Assembly: GCA_030141605.1 (NCBI GenBank)
Contig: JAQGDQ010000639.1
Coordinates: 57,124 to 121,123 of the forward strand
DNA length: 64,000 bases
Direction: 5' to 3'
Origin: Tubiluchus corallicola
Lineage: Eukaryota > Animalia > Priapulida
This document shows positions 1 through 12,426 of this stretch, piece after piece. Each line of letters starts with the position of its first letter. Position 1 is the first letter of the stretch. A program made the translations under genes and the position numbers. The notes beneath the pieces are model-generated. The model was not told where the DNA came from. It worked only from the letters and a program-made list of their open reading frames with translations, and did no database searches.

Positions 1-155
1 CATCATGAACAAGAACATTGTCTTTGTCATCGTCATCATCATCATTATCAACAACAACTCATTCGTCATCAGCATCATTATCATCATCATCATCATCAAC
101 AACAACAACATCGTTGTCATCATCATCATCATCATCATCGTCTTCATCTTCTTCA
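1..155. repeat. Degenerate (CAT/CAA)n microsatellite
   Basis: Visible trinucleotide run; explains the poly-I ORF at 5..316. Confidence 0.9.
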
Positions 156-422
156 TAGAAAAATACTTGACTTTAATCAAAACGAAAAGTGTAAAACTAC
201 GTCGTACCAAGCCAAGAAATTTTTTGACCGACAGTCGACGTGAGTACGACATATGGACGTCGGATATAAGTGACGACTTTTTCCGGTCCCAACGTGTCCC
301 TTATATCCTAGGTTGACTGTAATTGTTTGTACTAAAACTACATTGCTGTATATTTATACAAATAAAAGATTAATAATAATAATAATAATTTTGAAACAGA
401 TGTTCAAATTTTTACTTTGTAG

Positions 423-3400
423 CTAGAAGACCCGTTCTACCAAAAAAGTCGGCATCGGAACCCGCTCGTTCGTTGCTACTGCAGCGCAAGCGGCAAGCAC
501 TGGAGGAGCTGGATGCACTGGATCCGACCTCGTACTCCGCTACGTTGCGGAAGCTTCAGAAGAAGCTCGTAAAAAGTCAGAGCAGGTAACTACATTTACA
601 ACCTTGTATTTTCCACTAATAAGGCAGACTTCAGTTCAAACTGTCTCAGCATTCTTAGAGAGCGTTTGCATTTATTTCAGTGAGTAGTAAATCGTTAAGG
701 CAAAACCGGACCCAGTCTTAACCTGTAGGTCAAAACAGTCTACTCTTCAAAATATTCAAAGGAAACATACTATTTTTTTCAAAAATGATTATTCAAACGT
801 GAAAGAATTATTACCACACAAACACAATTTCACGTTCATGCCACTAGTTCTTTACTGTTACATGCATTTCATCATTCATTAGTTAGACGGGCACTGGCAC
901 CTGCATTTTGGAAATGCATTGCGCAAAAAACAGGTGCTATACCTCTCACTTCAGATGTGTTAGTTTCTGACGAACTACACGTGTTCGACCGCTCATCCAT
1001 GACCACAGCAGTAAATTTGAAATTTGAGTTTTTATTTTAAAACTTGCCTAGTTTTATTACAACACACTGAATATCGTACAGTAGCACTGTACCTCAATTT
1101 TTGCTTTCACAAACATGTGCAACACGCTCGTGGAATATTTTTGCTGTTGAAAATTATGTTAGTTTATGATGTCATCAATAGTTGGGTTCGTCTGCCGTCA
1201 ATTAAGTTTTTAAACTTTTATTTAATTATCTGAAACACTTTTGCACTATTAGTTGTGTTAAAATCGATACTTCTTATCGCAAATTGGGGTAGTGTATAAA
1301 AATCATCCTGTCTTCCTATAAATGATTTTTTTCAGTTCCGCTGATCGCAAAACTTCCAACAGTCAGAGTTGTACCACATCAGCAACGGATGATGATCCGT
1401 CACCGACGAAGGATGGTTCTTCAAATAAGAAGAGAGATGCCACCCTTGCCAAAGCTCCACGGTTGTCTTTTGACGTGGATTTAGTGGACTGGGACAATCC
1501 GAATCCATCCGTCGCAACTGTGTTCCGGTAAGTTCAAGTTCAAGTCATTTTAATGCTTATTTTGAAAGGAAAAGCGAATCATTTGTAAACCAATATCAGC
1601 TGTGAAGAATCGACTGACTCTCTCCCTTGTTACAGTGAAGCCAAATGTAAACAATGCTTGTTGACAAAACCATGAGAAGCCTTGTTTTTGAACTAAGAAC
1701 TGTTAAGAACACGTATTTTAAGTACCTGGCAACTCTGACAAGTCATTAACTTCTTCGGGACCACATTATTCAAAATAGTTCTTATAGGACCTATGACTTT
1801 CTGCTACAGTATGAGCACAGGCATAGCTAAATGATCACAAATTAGGTACTGTTCTATTCAGGAGAATCTAGGCTATCCAATCGTGCCATTTGTTTAAACA
1901 TTTCTAAGTGACTCAATTGAACAAAATTGAGAAAAACACGTCCTTTTCAGGCACTTCAACTTAACACCTATCGAGTAGTTTAGTCTGGTGCACACTTGCG
2001 TGATCGATCGTACACACTAATTATTGATCACCTGCTTGCTACAGCTCAAGCTGTGCGGTGTTCTGTTTGTCTTCCAGGAAAAACCAACCCATCAGCCAAC
2101 GACAAATTAAGGTCGTTTCACTTTCTAATAGGATTTTTCTTTAAAAATAGAGTAGACTTAAGCCAAAGTGTATCAGAGTGTTGTATCTGGATAGTTGAAA
2201 TTTTTTGCACTAGCCAAGTTCACAGTGATATTGTACATTTCACCAAGTGATTTTGTACATTGCTACAGTGCAAATGCTGCATTAGCTGCAAGCCTTTTTC
2301 AATTTCTTTCGTCAAAAATCGACTTTTAATTTGTCTAAAGTATGCAAATGCATTTCACATATAATTTTGCCTGAAAACCCATTTTGTGAGGAGTAAAAAC
2401 CTACAAGAATGATCAAACGTAATGTAATCGATGTTTAATGAGAGCAGTTTTTCTTGTACCCGTGCAAAATGCAGCAGACGATTATAGTTCTGAAGGAATT
2501 AATCAAGGGGGACACTGTGACATGAGTTTCTCACAGAAATGCTGTCAAGAGGTGCGTTGCTCTTTAATTCGAGAATTATAAATCAATAAAAATAGACTGG
2601 ATAAGAAATAATAAGCTCATCAAATATTTAAAAAAATAAGTTGTACCTACTACGGCCAAATCACATTGAAAACACCGGTTCTCGTCTGAAGTTGAAGTTA
2701 AGCAACATAGAGCTTGGTTAGTGCTTGAATGGGTGACCACTTAGGAATACCAGGTGCAGTAGGCTTGCGGGATGCCCACAATGTATCTCGACGCTAGGCG
2801 GAGGAGTTGTACAAGCAGCCAACGGCTAGAGGGCGGAGGAGGTCAAGTGACCCAATGGCCATGTGTAGAGGAGTAAACCTTCCAAATCAGGAGTGGCGCC
2901 ACGAAGGCGGACTAGTGCAGCATGTTCACTGACTCCGGCAGCTCCTGCAGCCAACCTGGTGCTGAACGTATCACTCAGCTTTCCTTTGGACTACACCAGG
3001 GAGGAAGAGAGGGGGTTCCTGTTATCTGGGCAACTCAGATTCTCCATTTACCTGGCCCAGGCGTGTGCCCTGGAGAGGCCACTCCAGTGGTTCAAGGATC
3101 GGCCTGCTCAGCCACAGTCGACGCTGCAGCTCCATCAATGTGGTCAATAACTGACTCTCTTGACACACATTTCATTGTCTTCCGAGACAGAAGGATGCCA
3201 ACAACAAGTTGTACCTATTCGTGACACCTTTGCTAAAAGTTTGACGTAGTGAGACAGGCTAACAGAATTTTCTGTTTCAGACATGCTGATCTGAGTCGGT
3301 TTTGGACGTCAGGAGATGACCAAGAAAGACTTTCTAATGTAAGTGTTTGAACCTCTTGTGATAATATGATAATAACCGACATCTGTTTCAAATATTAGTA

Positions 3401-6400
3401 CTTGAAGCATTTGTGAAAGCATAATAGTAGTCGACATTGTTTGAAACATAAGTGCTTGAAGCATTTCCGAAAGCACAATAGCAATCTATGTTGTTTAAAT
3501 GTAGGTATTTGAAGTATTAGTGAAAACATAATGCTACTGTACATTGTTTAGACATTAGTTCCCTGAGGCATTTTTGAAAGCATAATAGTAATTGACGTTG
3601 TTTCAAATGTATGTGCTTGAAGCATTTCCGAAAGCATAATAGTAATCGACGTTGTTTCAAACGTATGTGCTTGAAGCATTTTCGAAAGCATAATAGTAAT
3701 CGACGTTGTTTCAAACGTATGTGCTTGAAGCATTTCCAAAAACATAATAGTAATCTACATTGTTTGAAAAGAAAGTGCTTGAACTATTAGTGAAAACATT
3801 AGTAATTTACCATTATTTGCAAACGTAAGTGCATCATTTACAAAAACGTAACACTAATCTGCGATTGCTCAAACTGTATGCTAAGTCAGTGTTTACGATT
3901 CTGATCGATGCTCAATGTGATCATGATTGCCATTTTGTTTTCCATGTCAAGGAGCTGTTAGCTTCAGCTAGAACACGAACAATGCCTTTCACTGGGAATT
4001 TTGAGCCGGTCAGACACACTTGTCGAGCTCCTCTTCCGTCCGGGAAGTTATGTCCGAGAAAAGATCGCTATAAGGTTTGTCAAACATAACGACGTATTCG
4101 TTATTTAAGATGAATGGAAAATATACATTTGCCATAAATATATATATATGTATATATATATATATGTGTGTGTGTGTGTTTGTTTGTTTGTTTACAAGGA
4201 GAACTTGAAGAATATAACACATGTTTCTTATCAGTCAATCATTTCTGCTTAATTCAGTATGTGATTATCTCTTGGTTTCTTGTTAATCCGTATGAGATCT
4301 TAAACCCTAATGAACTGCTGTCCGGAGCGCGATTAATGTAGCCCGTATTTCATTGTACTCACCGAGAGGAAATTTTTTTGTTCCTAGAGTTACTTTAAAC
4401 TTATCTGTAGTACCAGGTTTGACTGCAGTGTTGCACTTGACATTTAGTAGATTAATTCTTATGTTTCTAATGTCAAAAATCATCGGTCAAGTTTGAACAG
4501 TGTTTTAAAAATTTAAATTAGACGTGACAATCGTATCTCCGTTTGCCGGACAAAAGTGCGGAGACGTCGGTCCGAATTCTCCGATTGTCCGTATTTACAG
4601 ATACTAAGCTAATACAGTAGGCACCGTGTATTAGACTCACGGTAATAGAATCAATCGTCTAATTGTGTCAAAAATGTCTAGTATGGGCCGCTCCTATGCA
4701 AAACTATGTAAAAACTGTCGGCACTTGACTCGAATAGCTCTGCACAATTGATTCAATATTTTATCTGCACATGCTTAAATAAGATACTTTTGTGTGACCA
4801 TTGAGCTTTTATCCACTGCAATATATGCAGAAACAATCACGTTAAGTGCAATTTGTTTGTAAACAAGGTTTACCACTGTGACCAATGAGCTTTTGTCCAC
4901 TGTAATATACGTAGAAACAATCACGTTAAGTACAGTTTGTTTGTAAACAACTGTGACCAATAAGCTTTTGTCCACTGTAGTATATGCAGAAACAATCACG
5001 TTAAGTACAGTTTGTTTGTAAACAACTGTGACCAATAAGCTTTTGTCCACTGTAATATACGTAGAAACAATCACGTTAAGTGCAGTTTGTTTGTAAAGAA
5101 GGTTTACCTCTCATGTAATGATGCAAATAAAGAGATGACCTGGCAACTAGCAGCCAGCAGGATTATGTCCGTTGTATGCCGGAACTTTTAACGGTCTAGA
5201 TCTTGACCGACTGCAGTCCCAAAGGAGGTGGTATGAAGTGATTTGACTGTAATACAAGTCTTCAGCAATACTTCATTGACCGCAGCTAAAGCTTATGAGT
5301 GTATTCTGCTCTCGTGTTCTTTAAATCTGTAAACATATTTGCAGTGTCCATTTCATGGTGTGGTAATCCCGCGAGATGAAGACGGCAACCCCGTGAAAAC
5401 CACGGATGCGGAGAGGCTGGCGAAAGAGCTACAGGAAATGGAAGCAGGTGAGTGTCCGCTTAATTACCTACTGCGGCAGCTATGACTTGTAACCATGGCA
5501 ACTAATTGATTGTGTTGAACATGATAAAAAGTTATTTTCAGTTCAGTTTGACTCCAAATGTTTATCTGTATGTCACAAATACCGAAATACAGGGTGTCTC
5601 AAAAGTCACTATACGCTTTTATTCTAATTTTCTTTTTTAGATATTCCTCCAATTTTTGCACAAACTTTTACACGAATCAAAGGGGCCTAGATCTATATTT
5701 AGATTGGATCTAGATTTATTGTATACAATGCCAATGTGTACGTGTATCTACAGAAAAATATGTAAGATACAAAGTTTATAAATCATCAGCGCATAAATGA
5801 CCTTTCTTCTTCTTCTTCTTCAAAATCTCATTCCGCATTTTGTAGGCATTGAGGTATCAACATTTATCAAAGTATTCCACCCACTTCTATCTGCAGTTAA
5901 TGGCGTAAGTTCCTCTACATCTTTATTTATCTGAGCTATCGAAGTTGTTTTAGGTTTACCAGGTGGTTTTTTTGCAAAGTTTTGAGGCTTTTAAGGCGAT
6001 TCTTACTGGTGCTTCATTTGGTAATCTTAGTAGATGTCCTAGCCATCTTAATCTTCGGATCTTGACTTTTGAACTCCAATAAATTTCTTTTGTTTTGATG
6101 TATAAATGGATGGGTGACCACTGGGTTCTATATTATACATTCCATATGACTTCTGCTATACTGCTTATGTGTATTTTATTTTGCCGAGGATGTGTCCACA
6201 TCCCCTGATGTGGCTGAAACGTCTTGGCCTGTTCACTGTCTCATTTTAGAGGACTGTTTTTGATAGGCATGGTTCCTGTCCCGCCACCATACCATTAAGT
6301 GTCGGATTCAAAAACTTTGTCATTTTTTTAGAGAAAGTGCCTGACTGGCAGGAACCGCAATTACTGCAGGACCTACAAGCGGCCACTGGACTAGATCTGC

Positions 6401-7628
6401 AAGTTACGTCCCGCAAGAAGGGACGCGGTAAGGGCCGTGGAAAGAAGAGCAAAGATTCGGGTCTGACAAATTTGAAAGCCAAAGACAACACAGCAAGGTC
6501 TAGGCTAGAAAAGAAAGTGTTTAAGCGGTATGTTTATATGTATTGTAACTGTATTTATATATAATTTATAATATAATATAATTGTACTCGTATCTCGGTT
6601 TGCCAGAGAAAAGCAGGGGGACATCGGTCCGAATTTTCCAATACTAAGCTAATACAGTAAGGGTCGTGTATTAGACTTATGGTAATGCATAATCAATCCC
6701 ATAATTGTCTCAAAAATGTCTTTAGTACGGGCCACTCCTGTGCAAAATTCTGTTGGCAATTGACTTGAATAACTCCGCATAATTGACTGTGACTCACTTA
6801 CACATGCTGATTAAACCACTAAACACGCTGACACACAAGCTATACACGTGTCATTACACGCTGCTTGGATATAATCAAAGTGACGGCCCTTCAACAAGCG
6901 GTCAGCTCGCGAAACAATGGACTATGTGGGTCTTTTTAGTATGCGTAGTATGTATTGTACAGTAATGTATAGATTTGACGAATTTTGCATAAAAAATCAC
7001 AAAATGTATAAAAATATATTAATTAAAGAATTACCATTTACAGTAAATAGTGTATTTATTCGGCAGATGAATACACACCAAAAACAAAATGTAGTAATTG
7101 CGCCCACTTGAAATGCTATTTGCCGAGATTGTACACAACACACGATTGGTATTCCAGTCACTGTTTCGTTCAGGTACCGTGCAATGAACATTTTTATGAA
7201 CATTTAAGCAAAGTTTTTTAGAAGGTACATGTACAGTATGGGAAAAGTTATCAAGGGAATGGGAAAGGGTTACATATAAGAGTGTGGGGAAGGTTTATAA
7301 AGACTTAAAATAATGTATAACTACTAAAATAAGCATAGCGTCCCTACTTCGCGGAAATTCACTTATTCGAGAATTCGAGTTATAACTGGTCGAGTTATAC
7401 ATAGTTTACTGTACCATTTTGGGCCCTTGATATGTATTATATAGAGATAAAAATAATGTATCGGTAAAGACCATGTGATAGATGCTTTTATTTTCATGTT
7501 TGTTTTTCCGTTATCTTCCGCCTTATAGGGCCGCACTGAAAAAGGTGGCGGAGGAAGCAAACGAGCGAGACTATCGTCGTCATCACGGGAAGTTTGCTAA
7601 TCAGTTCCACTACGCGCTGAAGAGCTAG
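423..7628 (+). CDS. UVSSA: UV-stimulated scaffold protein A, 3' portion (5' exons lie upstream of the window)
   Basis: Phase-consistent GT-AG exons 423-585, 1336-1527, 3281-3338, 3952-4074, 5345-5447, 6332-6527, 7529-7628(TAG). They splice to ...LDPTS...KAPRLSFDVDL..W...SRFW...FEPVRHTCRAPLPSGKLCPRKDRYK|CPFHGVVIPRDEDGNP...PDWQEPQLLQDLQAATGLDL...RSRLEKKVF...KFANQFHYALKS*, the UVSSA DUF2043/C-terminal signature. Confidence 0.93.
695..1275 (-). mobile_element. Non-autonomous DNA transposon, family A (TTAA-flanked, Kolobok/T2-MITE-like), intronic copy
   Basis: Begins TTAA-GGCAAAACCGGAC. Its reverse complement aligns by eye over about 570 bp with copies at ~32350-32970, ~41330-41910 and ~56370-56985. 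Confidence 0.75.
2650..3205 (+). mobile_element. 5S rRNA-derived SINE (SINE3-like), full length, in a UVSSA intron
   Basis: 2650-2766 is a near-complete 5S rRNA copy (CTACGGCC..AAAACACCGGTTCTCGTC..GAAGTTAAGCAAC..GGTTAGTGCTTGAATGGGTGACC..GGAATACCAGGTGCAGTAGGCTT) with no oligo-T terminator. A GC-rich body follows and it ends GAGACAGAAGGATGCCAACAAC. 12-bp TSD AAGTTGTACCTA at 2638-2649 and 3206-3217. Confidence 0.85.
3380..3810. repeat. 54-bp minisatellite, about 8 diverged copies
   Basis: TGTGCTTGAAGCATT recurs at 3612, 3666 and 3720. Confidence 0.85.
4530..5252. mobile_element. TA-CAGT-ended MITE-like element containing a 78-bp tandem repeat (about 4 copies, 4790-5100); left part recurs at ~6587-6800
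   Basis: TACAGTAG...TGACTGTA termini; 26-aa periodic ORF; near-duplicate sequence at 6587-6800. Confidence 0.5.
5803..6105 (-). mobile_element. RTE-type LINE 3' fragment
   Basis: Minus strand reads VKIRRLRWLGHLLRLPNEAPVRIAL, then DRSGW, ending in a (GAA)n tail. Confidence 0.75.
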
Positions 7629-8315
7629 TCGCACGCAGACGATGGACTGCAAATTAATACTGTGATAGTATTCGATTGTTTTTATTTCCTTTGAAGTTTA
7701 AATCCCAGTTTTGGTTATGTAAATATCAGTACCAGGTTAATTACTCTCATCAGTAATTTTCATGATAATCATTGTCAGCAAATTCACAATTGTCTTAAAT
7801 TTTTGTCGCTTTTCTTACTATGTGCAAACTTGTCGTTTAGAAGAAAGGTGAGGACTGACGGTAGTCACTGGCTCTCAGTTCACTGTCTTGCTTAAACATT
7901 TCGAGCTGAGAATTTTTAACATGGGAGTGCTTAGACAGTGCTTATATATAAATGAGGAAAAAATGTGATTTCTTTTGAAAGAATGAAATTTCTTTTGAGT
8001 TTGCTTATACTACATTAAAGACGTTATGGTTCAAAAGCTAAAACTGTTAGTCCAGAACTGAGGTGTACCAAAATCTGGGAAATGTTAAATATGCAACATT
8101 AGGGATTATTCGTGCTGTTGAAATCAACGTTTTTGAAAATAAAACAGAGTTGCCTTGATAGGTTGCATAATTTCATGCAGATAAAAATGTTATCATACTG
8201 TGATGGCTTTCTACGGCAGGTAAACTGTAATCTATAATAGTCATGTGAACTGGAAGTTTCTATTGTCATTAATCAGTAATCTTTCGTAGTAATTGCCTAA
8301 TTGTCACACTGTATA

Positions 8316-8965
8316 TATGAGCTTGCATAGCAAAATCGTCCATAAGTCGGCAATTAAGCTTTAGTTATTCACATATCCTGAATCTTCATGAGGATCATTT
8401 TGATACCAAGTTCATCGCTCTATGTTATTTCTAAGTTTATTGCTCTATGTTATTACTAAGCTGAGATAGTCCACGTTGAAATTGAGGTGCAGGCTGCACA
8501 CTGAAAAATATAATCTTGAGAAAATCACTGTTAATATCAGCCATTGTCTTTTGTCGCATCTCTACAAAACACTTAGCAACCGCGCAAATGTTGATTGCTA
8601 TGGACTTTGTAAGAATGAATTGAAGTTATGTTTAAATCCAATAGATGGCTCTTCCTGACGAAAATCTGGGCTTGGCAATAGAAAAAACCCCGAAGCAAAA
8701 TGGCAGCTTTCACGAGGTACTATCGGAGTTTGAAAATACAAGATTTTACAATCCCAGTACTAGTTTCTAGGCAAAAAATATTTTTAATATTTTTTGAACA
8801 TGTTCTTGATAATTTGGTGCTAGAATGTAAAAGCTCAATATACTTAGCATTTGTTTTTTTTTAAAAAAAAATTGACATTTGGTCAAAGTTTTGTTGCTTT
8901 CTACTCTGAAGCATTATAACGTAGTTTTAACTATGCCGACTTATGGACAATTTTGGTTTGCACAT
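8316..8965 (+). mobile_element. TIR MITE, family C, copy 1
   Basis: CAAAATCGTCCATAAGTCGGCA ... TGCCGACTTATGGACAATTTTG inverted ends; inverted homologue at 12427-13148. Confidence 0.7.
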
Positions 8966-9228
8966 GTTAATTCTCACATTACTTAATAGATTATTTGATC
9001 GTATTTCAGGTAAATTAAAATTAAGCAAGTATTTTAAATGAAATAAAGTTTTGTTCTATGCGCTTGCAATGTAAAATCACTGAGGCATATTTAAATGTTA
9101 TAAGTATGTTTTGCCTAGTATGATGAAACACAGTAGAACTACTCGTATGTTAAATGCACTGGACAAGTTTAAGTTCAATTGTAAGTACATATATCACGAT
9201 GATCGCGTTGCTTTTATCTAGTGCGTAC

Positions 9229-9713
9229 AGTCATACCTCCATTGAAGAACGTCTCCGTACTCGTACAAATCAGTTTTCGACCAGAAAATTCGAGCTGAAA
9301 TTGTCTCCGTTCTCGACCAGAATTTAGGTACTCGACCAATTGCCAAACACCTGATGAACATGTGCGTGGCGAGCCGAGTAGATCTAAGCGTAACCGAGAG
9401 TAGTCACGCGCAAGATTTGAATCGCCTAACATCGCTAACTGCTTTCTACGCTTATTTTTCTCCGCTTCTTCATGCAGGAACAATTATGTTTTTCTTTCAA
9501 AGTAATTCTATTATGTTTTTCTTATCAATTATATCATCTACTGTTCGAATAAACATTTTTACATTATTATATTTTGTTTTAGTAATACTTTAGTTTATTT
9601 GGTGCTTGAGAACGGATTATATGCTTTTACATTATTTCTTATGGGATTAAATGATACGGGTTTTCAAACACTTTATAGGAACAAATTATGGTCGAAAACA
9701 GAGGTACTACTGT
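9229..9713. mobile_element. Tc1/mariner-pogo (Tigger-like) MITE
   Basis: TA-CAGTCATACCTC ... GAGGTACTACTG-TA imperfect TIRs with TA flanks. Confidence 0.55.
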
Positions 9714-10172
9714 ATTTGGTCACTAGGTGGCTCTGGTCATCTGGTGGAAAGTACACCTCTCCCGAGGGGCAATAAAATTACGTAAAGGGCAAAAATGACC
9801 ACAACAATATGCCACAATACCGAATTATATATAAATATTTACAATTTACTTTTGTCATACTGAAAACTTGAGAATATTTATCCCTGTTGGCACAGTCACA
9901 TACACTAATTGTTAACGCGACACTGTGATGTCATAGTAGCCAACCTGAGCTCTTATTGGATAACTTCCCGATAGGGACATCTGCTGGTAAATATTGTTTT
10001 AGAGACACCCATTACTTCGATAGTTATACTCGAATCTTTAACCATATGCTGCACAAATTTGTTAATGTCACACTATTTCTGCCAAGGAAAATCACTGAAT
10101 TTATTTATTTTCTTTTGAAATGTCATGAAAGTTTAACACATTAAGACAAAATAGTCTGATGAGTACAAGGAA

Positions 10173-11330
10173 TTAACGGATTTTATTTCCACCTATTAGC
10201 ACTGACCTGCCACCTGACAGGTGGTCGGGTAATCGCGACATCGACACTTGCGGGACACTGTCGCAAACAGACATAGAAGCGAAGCACATGCTGTCTGTAG
10301 TATGCGCCCAGATGAATTCCCCTTCGAGAGCGTCTTCAGTGCCGGCGTCACATTTTATTATCAGAAACCCCGCCTGTTTCTCTTCTACGTTTTGCAAAAA
10401 AGGAGAATTCAAGAATTTTCTACACACAGTTTCTCGTACGATTTCCGACGTCAGATCCGTCGACGGCGGCAATCGAGTCAGCGCATCGGCGAGCTCTTTC
10501 GCGAGAACTGTCTTTACCAAATGTTCTCCGCAGCCTGTGGTTGTCACGGCGATGCCTGGCACTGCGCAGTTACAATTTTGAGCCCACGAACCGCACGCGT
10601 ACGTAGCCGCCTGTCCCACTCGTCCCGGCTGTTTGAGAAGAATGCCGCCGCTAGAGGACGCGGCTGCCACGTTCCCGTGGCAGTCCAGACACACGGCACC
10701 GACCGTGTCAAGCAATTCTGATTCCTCACGCACGTCATGAGGTGAAGAGTTTACGTCTGAGTTTTCTACTTCACTCTGCTCTTTCTCATCCCTGAAACGA
10801 AGGCGTTTACGAGCGTGTGACTGTATGCAGTCCATATGACGTTTGTGAGTCTTCTTACTCTCCTCCGTCACTAACGAAGTTTCGCTTGCGACTGGAATGC
10901 CATGGCGGACAGCCCAATCCTTGGCACCTGTGCCAACTAACACGCTCGGAGGAATCCTGCCTAGCGACAAGTTTCCTTTCTGTTGCTCCGTAACTAACTT
11001 GTGAGCAACCAACACTGGGTTTTGAATATCGGGCATTGCTCCTACTGCTCCGAACGTGAGTGTCTTACCATCCATTACCCCGGCATCACACTCTACCGTA
11101 CCCGTAATCGTGAGATTCGCACCCCGTCCAGCGTTCGTAAACGGGCTGTCCTCCAATGTCCGGACAGCGGCTGTAGCCGCTTCTAATGCCGACAGACCAC
11201 TTTGCAGTTTTTCGATTCCTTTCAGAGCAGCTTCTTTGCAGACGGCTTTGTAGACCTTTGATTTCTCGTGGGCGTGAAAACCGGCTCCGACGTGCACCGC
11301 TATGAATCCGCGTTCATTGCTTTCAGGCAT
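10173..11330 (-). CDS. TASP1: Threonine aspartase 1 (Taspase 1), intronless CDS, 385 aa
   Basis: ATG at 11330. Motifs IAVHVGAG, LEDSPFTNAGRG, VECDAGVMDG, LGRIPP, autocleavage LD|TVGAV, GGILLKQPGRVGQAA, TTGCGEHL, WAHTTDSMC; basic NLS-like KTHKRH..RKRLR. Confidence 0.95.
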   Translation of the reverse strand: MPESNERGFIAVHVGAGFHAHEKSKVYKAVCKEAALKGIEKLQSGLSALEAATAAVRTLEDSPFTNAGRGANLTITGTVECDAGVMDGKTLTFGAVGAMPDIQNPVLVAHKLVTEQQKGNLSLGRIPPSVLVGTGAKDWAVRHGIPVASETSLVTEESKKTHKRHMDCIQSHARKRLRFRDEKEQSEVENSDVNSSPHDVREESELLDTVGAVCLDCHGNVAAASSSGGILLKQPGRVGQAATYACGSWAQNCNCAVPGIAVTTTGCGEHLVKTVLAKELADALTRLPPSTDLTSEIVRETVCRKFLNSPFLQNVEEKQAGFLIIKCDAGTEDALEGEFIWAHTTDSMCFASMSVCDSVPQVSMSRLPDHLSGGRSVLIGGNKIR

Positions 11331-12426
11331 CTCACTTACAGCACCGACGAAGGTGAACAGTAAATATGGGATTTGATTAACTAAATTTGTTTTCTCGTTC
11401 AATCATCTCTGACAATTGTGATGTTGTTAAGCTGATCAAACTTTTGAAAATCAATAACGATGATGCGGAATTGAATAACTGAACAGTAATCACAACTGCA
11501 CCTTAATGACGGATGCAATTTAGCGAACTTGTAGTGCCATGCGGCGGTTCGTGTAGTGCCTACGCGAAATCCTTCTATGTATTTACCAGACGATGTGCAC
11601 ATTTTTTGACAGATATATTGTTTCTGAAACAGTAAGAGACACTGAGTTTTTAGCAAAAATCAGAATTCAGACAAGCGCACTCATAGTGTATTAAAGTTTG
11701 CACGGCTTTTAATTTCACTAAGTGTTTTTGCTAAATTAAAAATTGACACCATTGAAATATATAATGCCATACATGTCTGCAATTTAGGTTAGTGTAGAAT
11801 CATTGTAAACTTACTGTAGAGCTGTTGTACTGCATTAATAATTAAATAAATAAACAAAGTTACAGTACCACAAAACTTTCATGTAACAGCTTGTAATAAA
11901 AATGCTAACATTTGATTTTCACTACAGAAATGGTTTTAATGGCAGCACTGATGATAGTTTTGAGAGCTTCTAACTTTAGTATACTAAAATGGCCAGTTAC
12001 TTACCTTATCTGTTTTAAGAGATAAGAAACGAAGGCTTCTTTTTCATAAAATAACTAATTAGGTTTTGAAATTACTTACTCACTTAGGTAATTGTTTACC
12101 AATTCACTCACACATTTACTTAGTCCGATAGTTACTTTTGACCTCTCAGCAATAATGATATGAACTTCAAAGAAGTTACTTTTGACCTCCCAGCAATAAT
12201 GATATGAGCTTCAAACAAGTGAACATTTCACTGTTATTAGCTGGGCTGTGTGCATTGTTGCTGAAATCTGTCTAGCAAAGTTTATTTAGCCGTGTTTCGC
12301 ATCAGCTAATGTTGACCTATGCATCTACAATCCAACAAACGCTTATCCATGGAGTTACTGATCTGTTAAAGCCACTGATGGACTTACATAAACACTTATA
12401 TGCAAACTGAAATGTTTCTAATATTT

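Noticed and set aside
2650-2766. Functional 5S rRNA gene
   Set aside because: Lacks the first bases and the T-run terminator, has indels and substitutions, and is the head of a TSD-bounded insert.
2893-3224. ORFs 2893-3150 and 2922-3224 as host genes
   Set aside because: They lie inside the SINE body within a UVSSA intron and show no recognisable domain.
11331-11402. 24-aa N-terminal extension of TASP1
   Set aside because: Depends on a TTG start; homology begins after the ATG at 11330.
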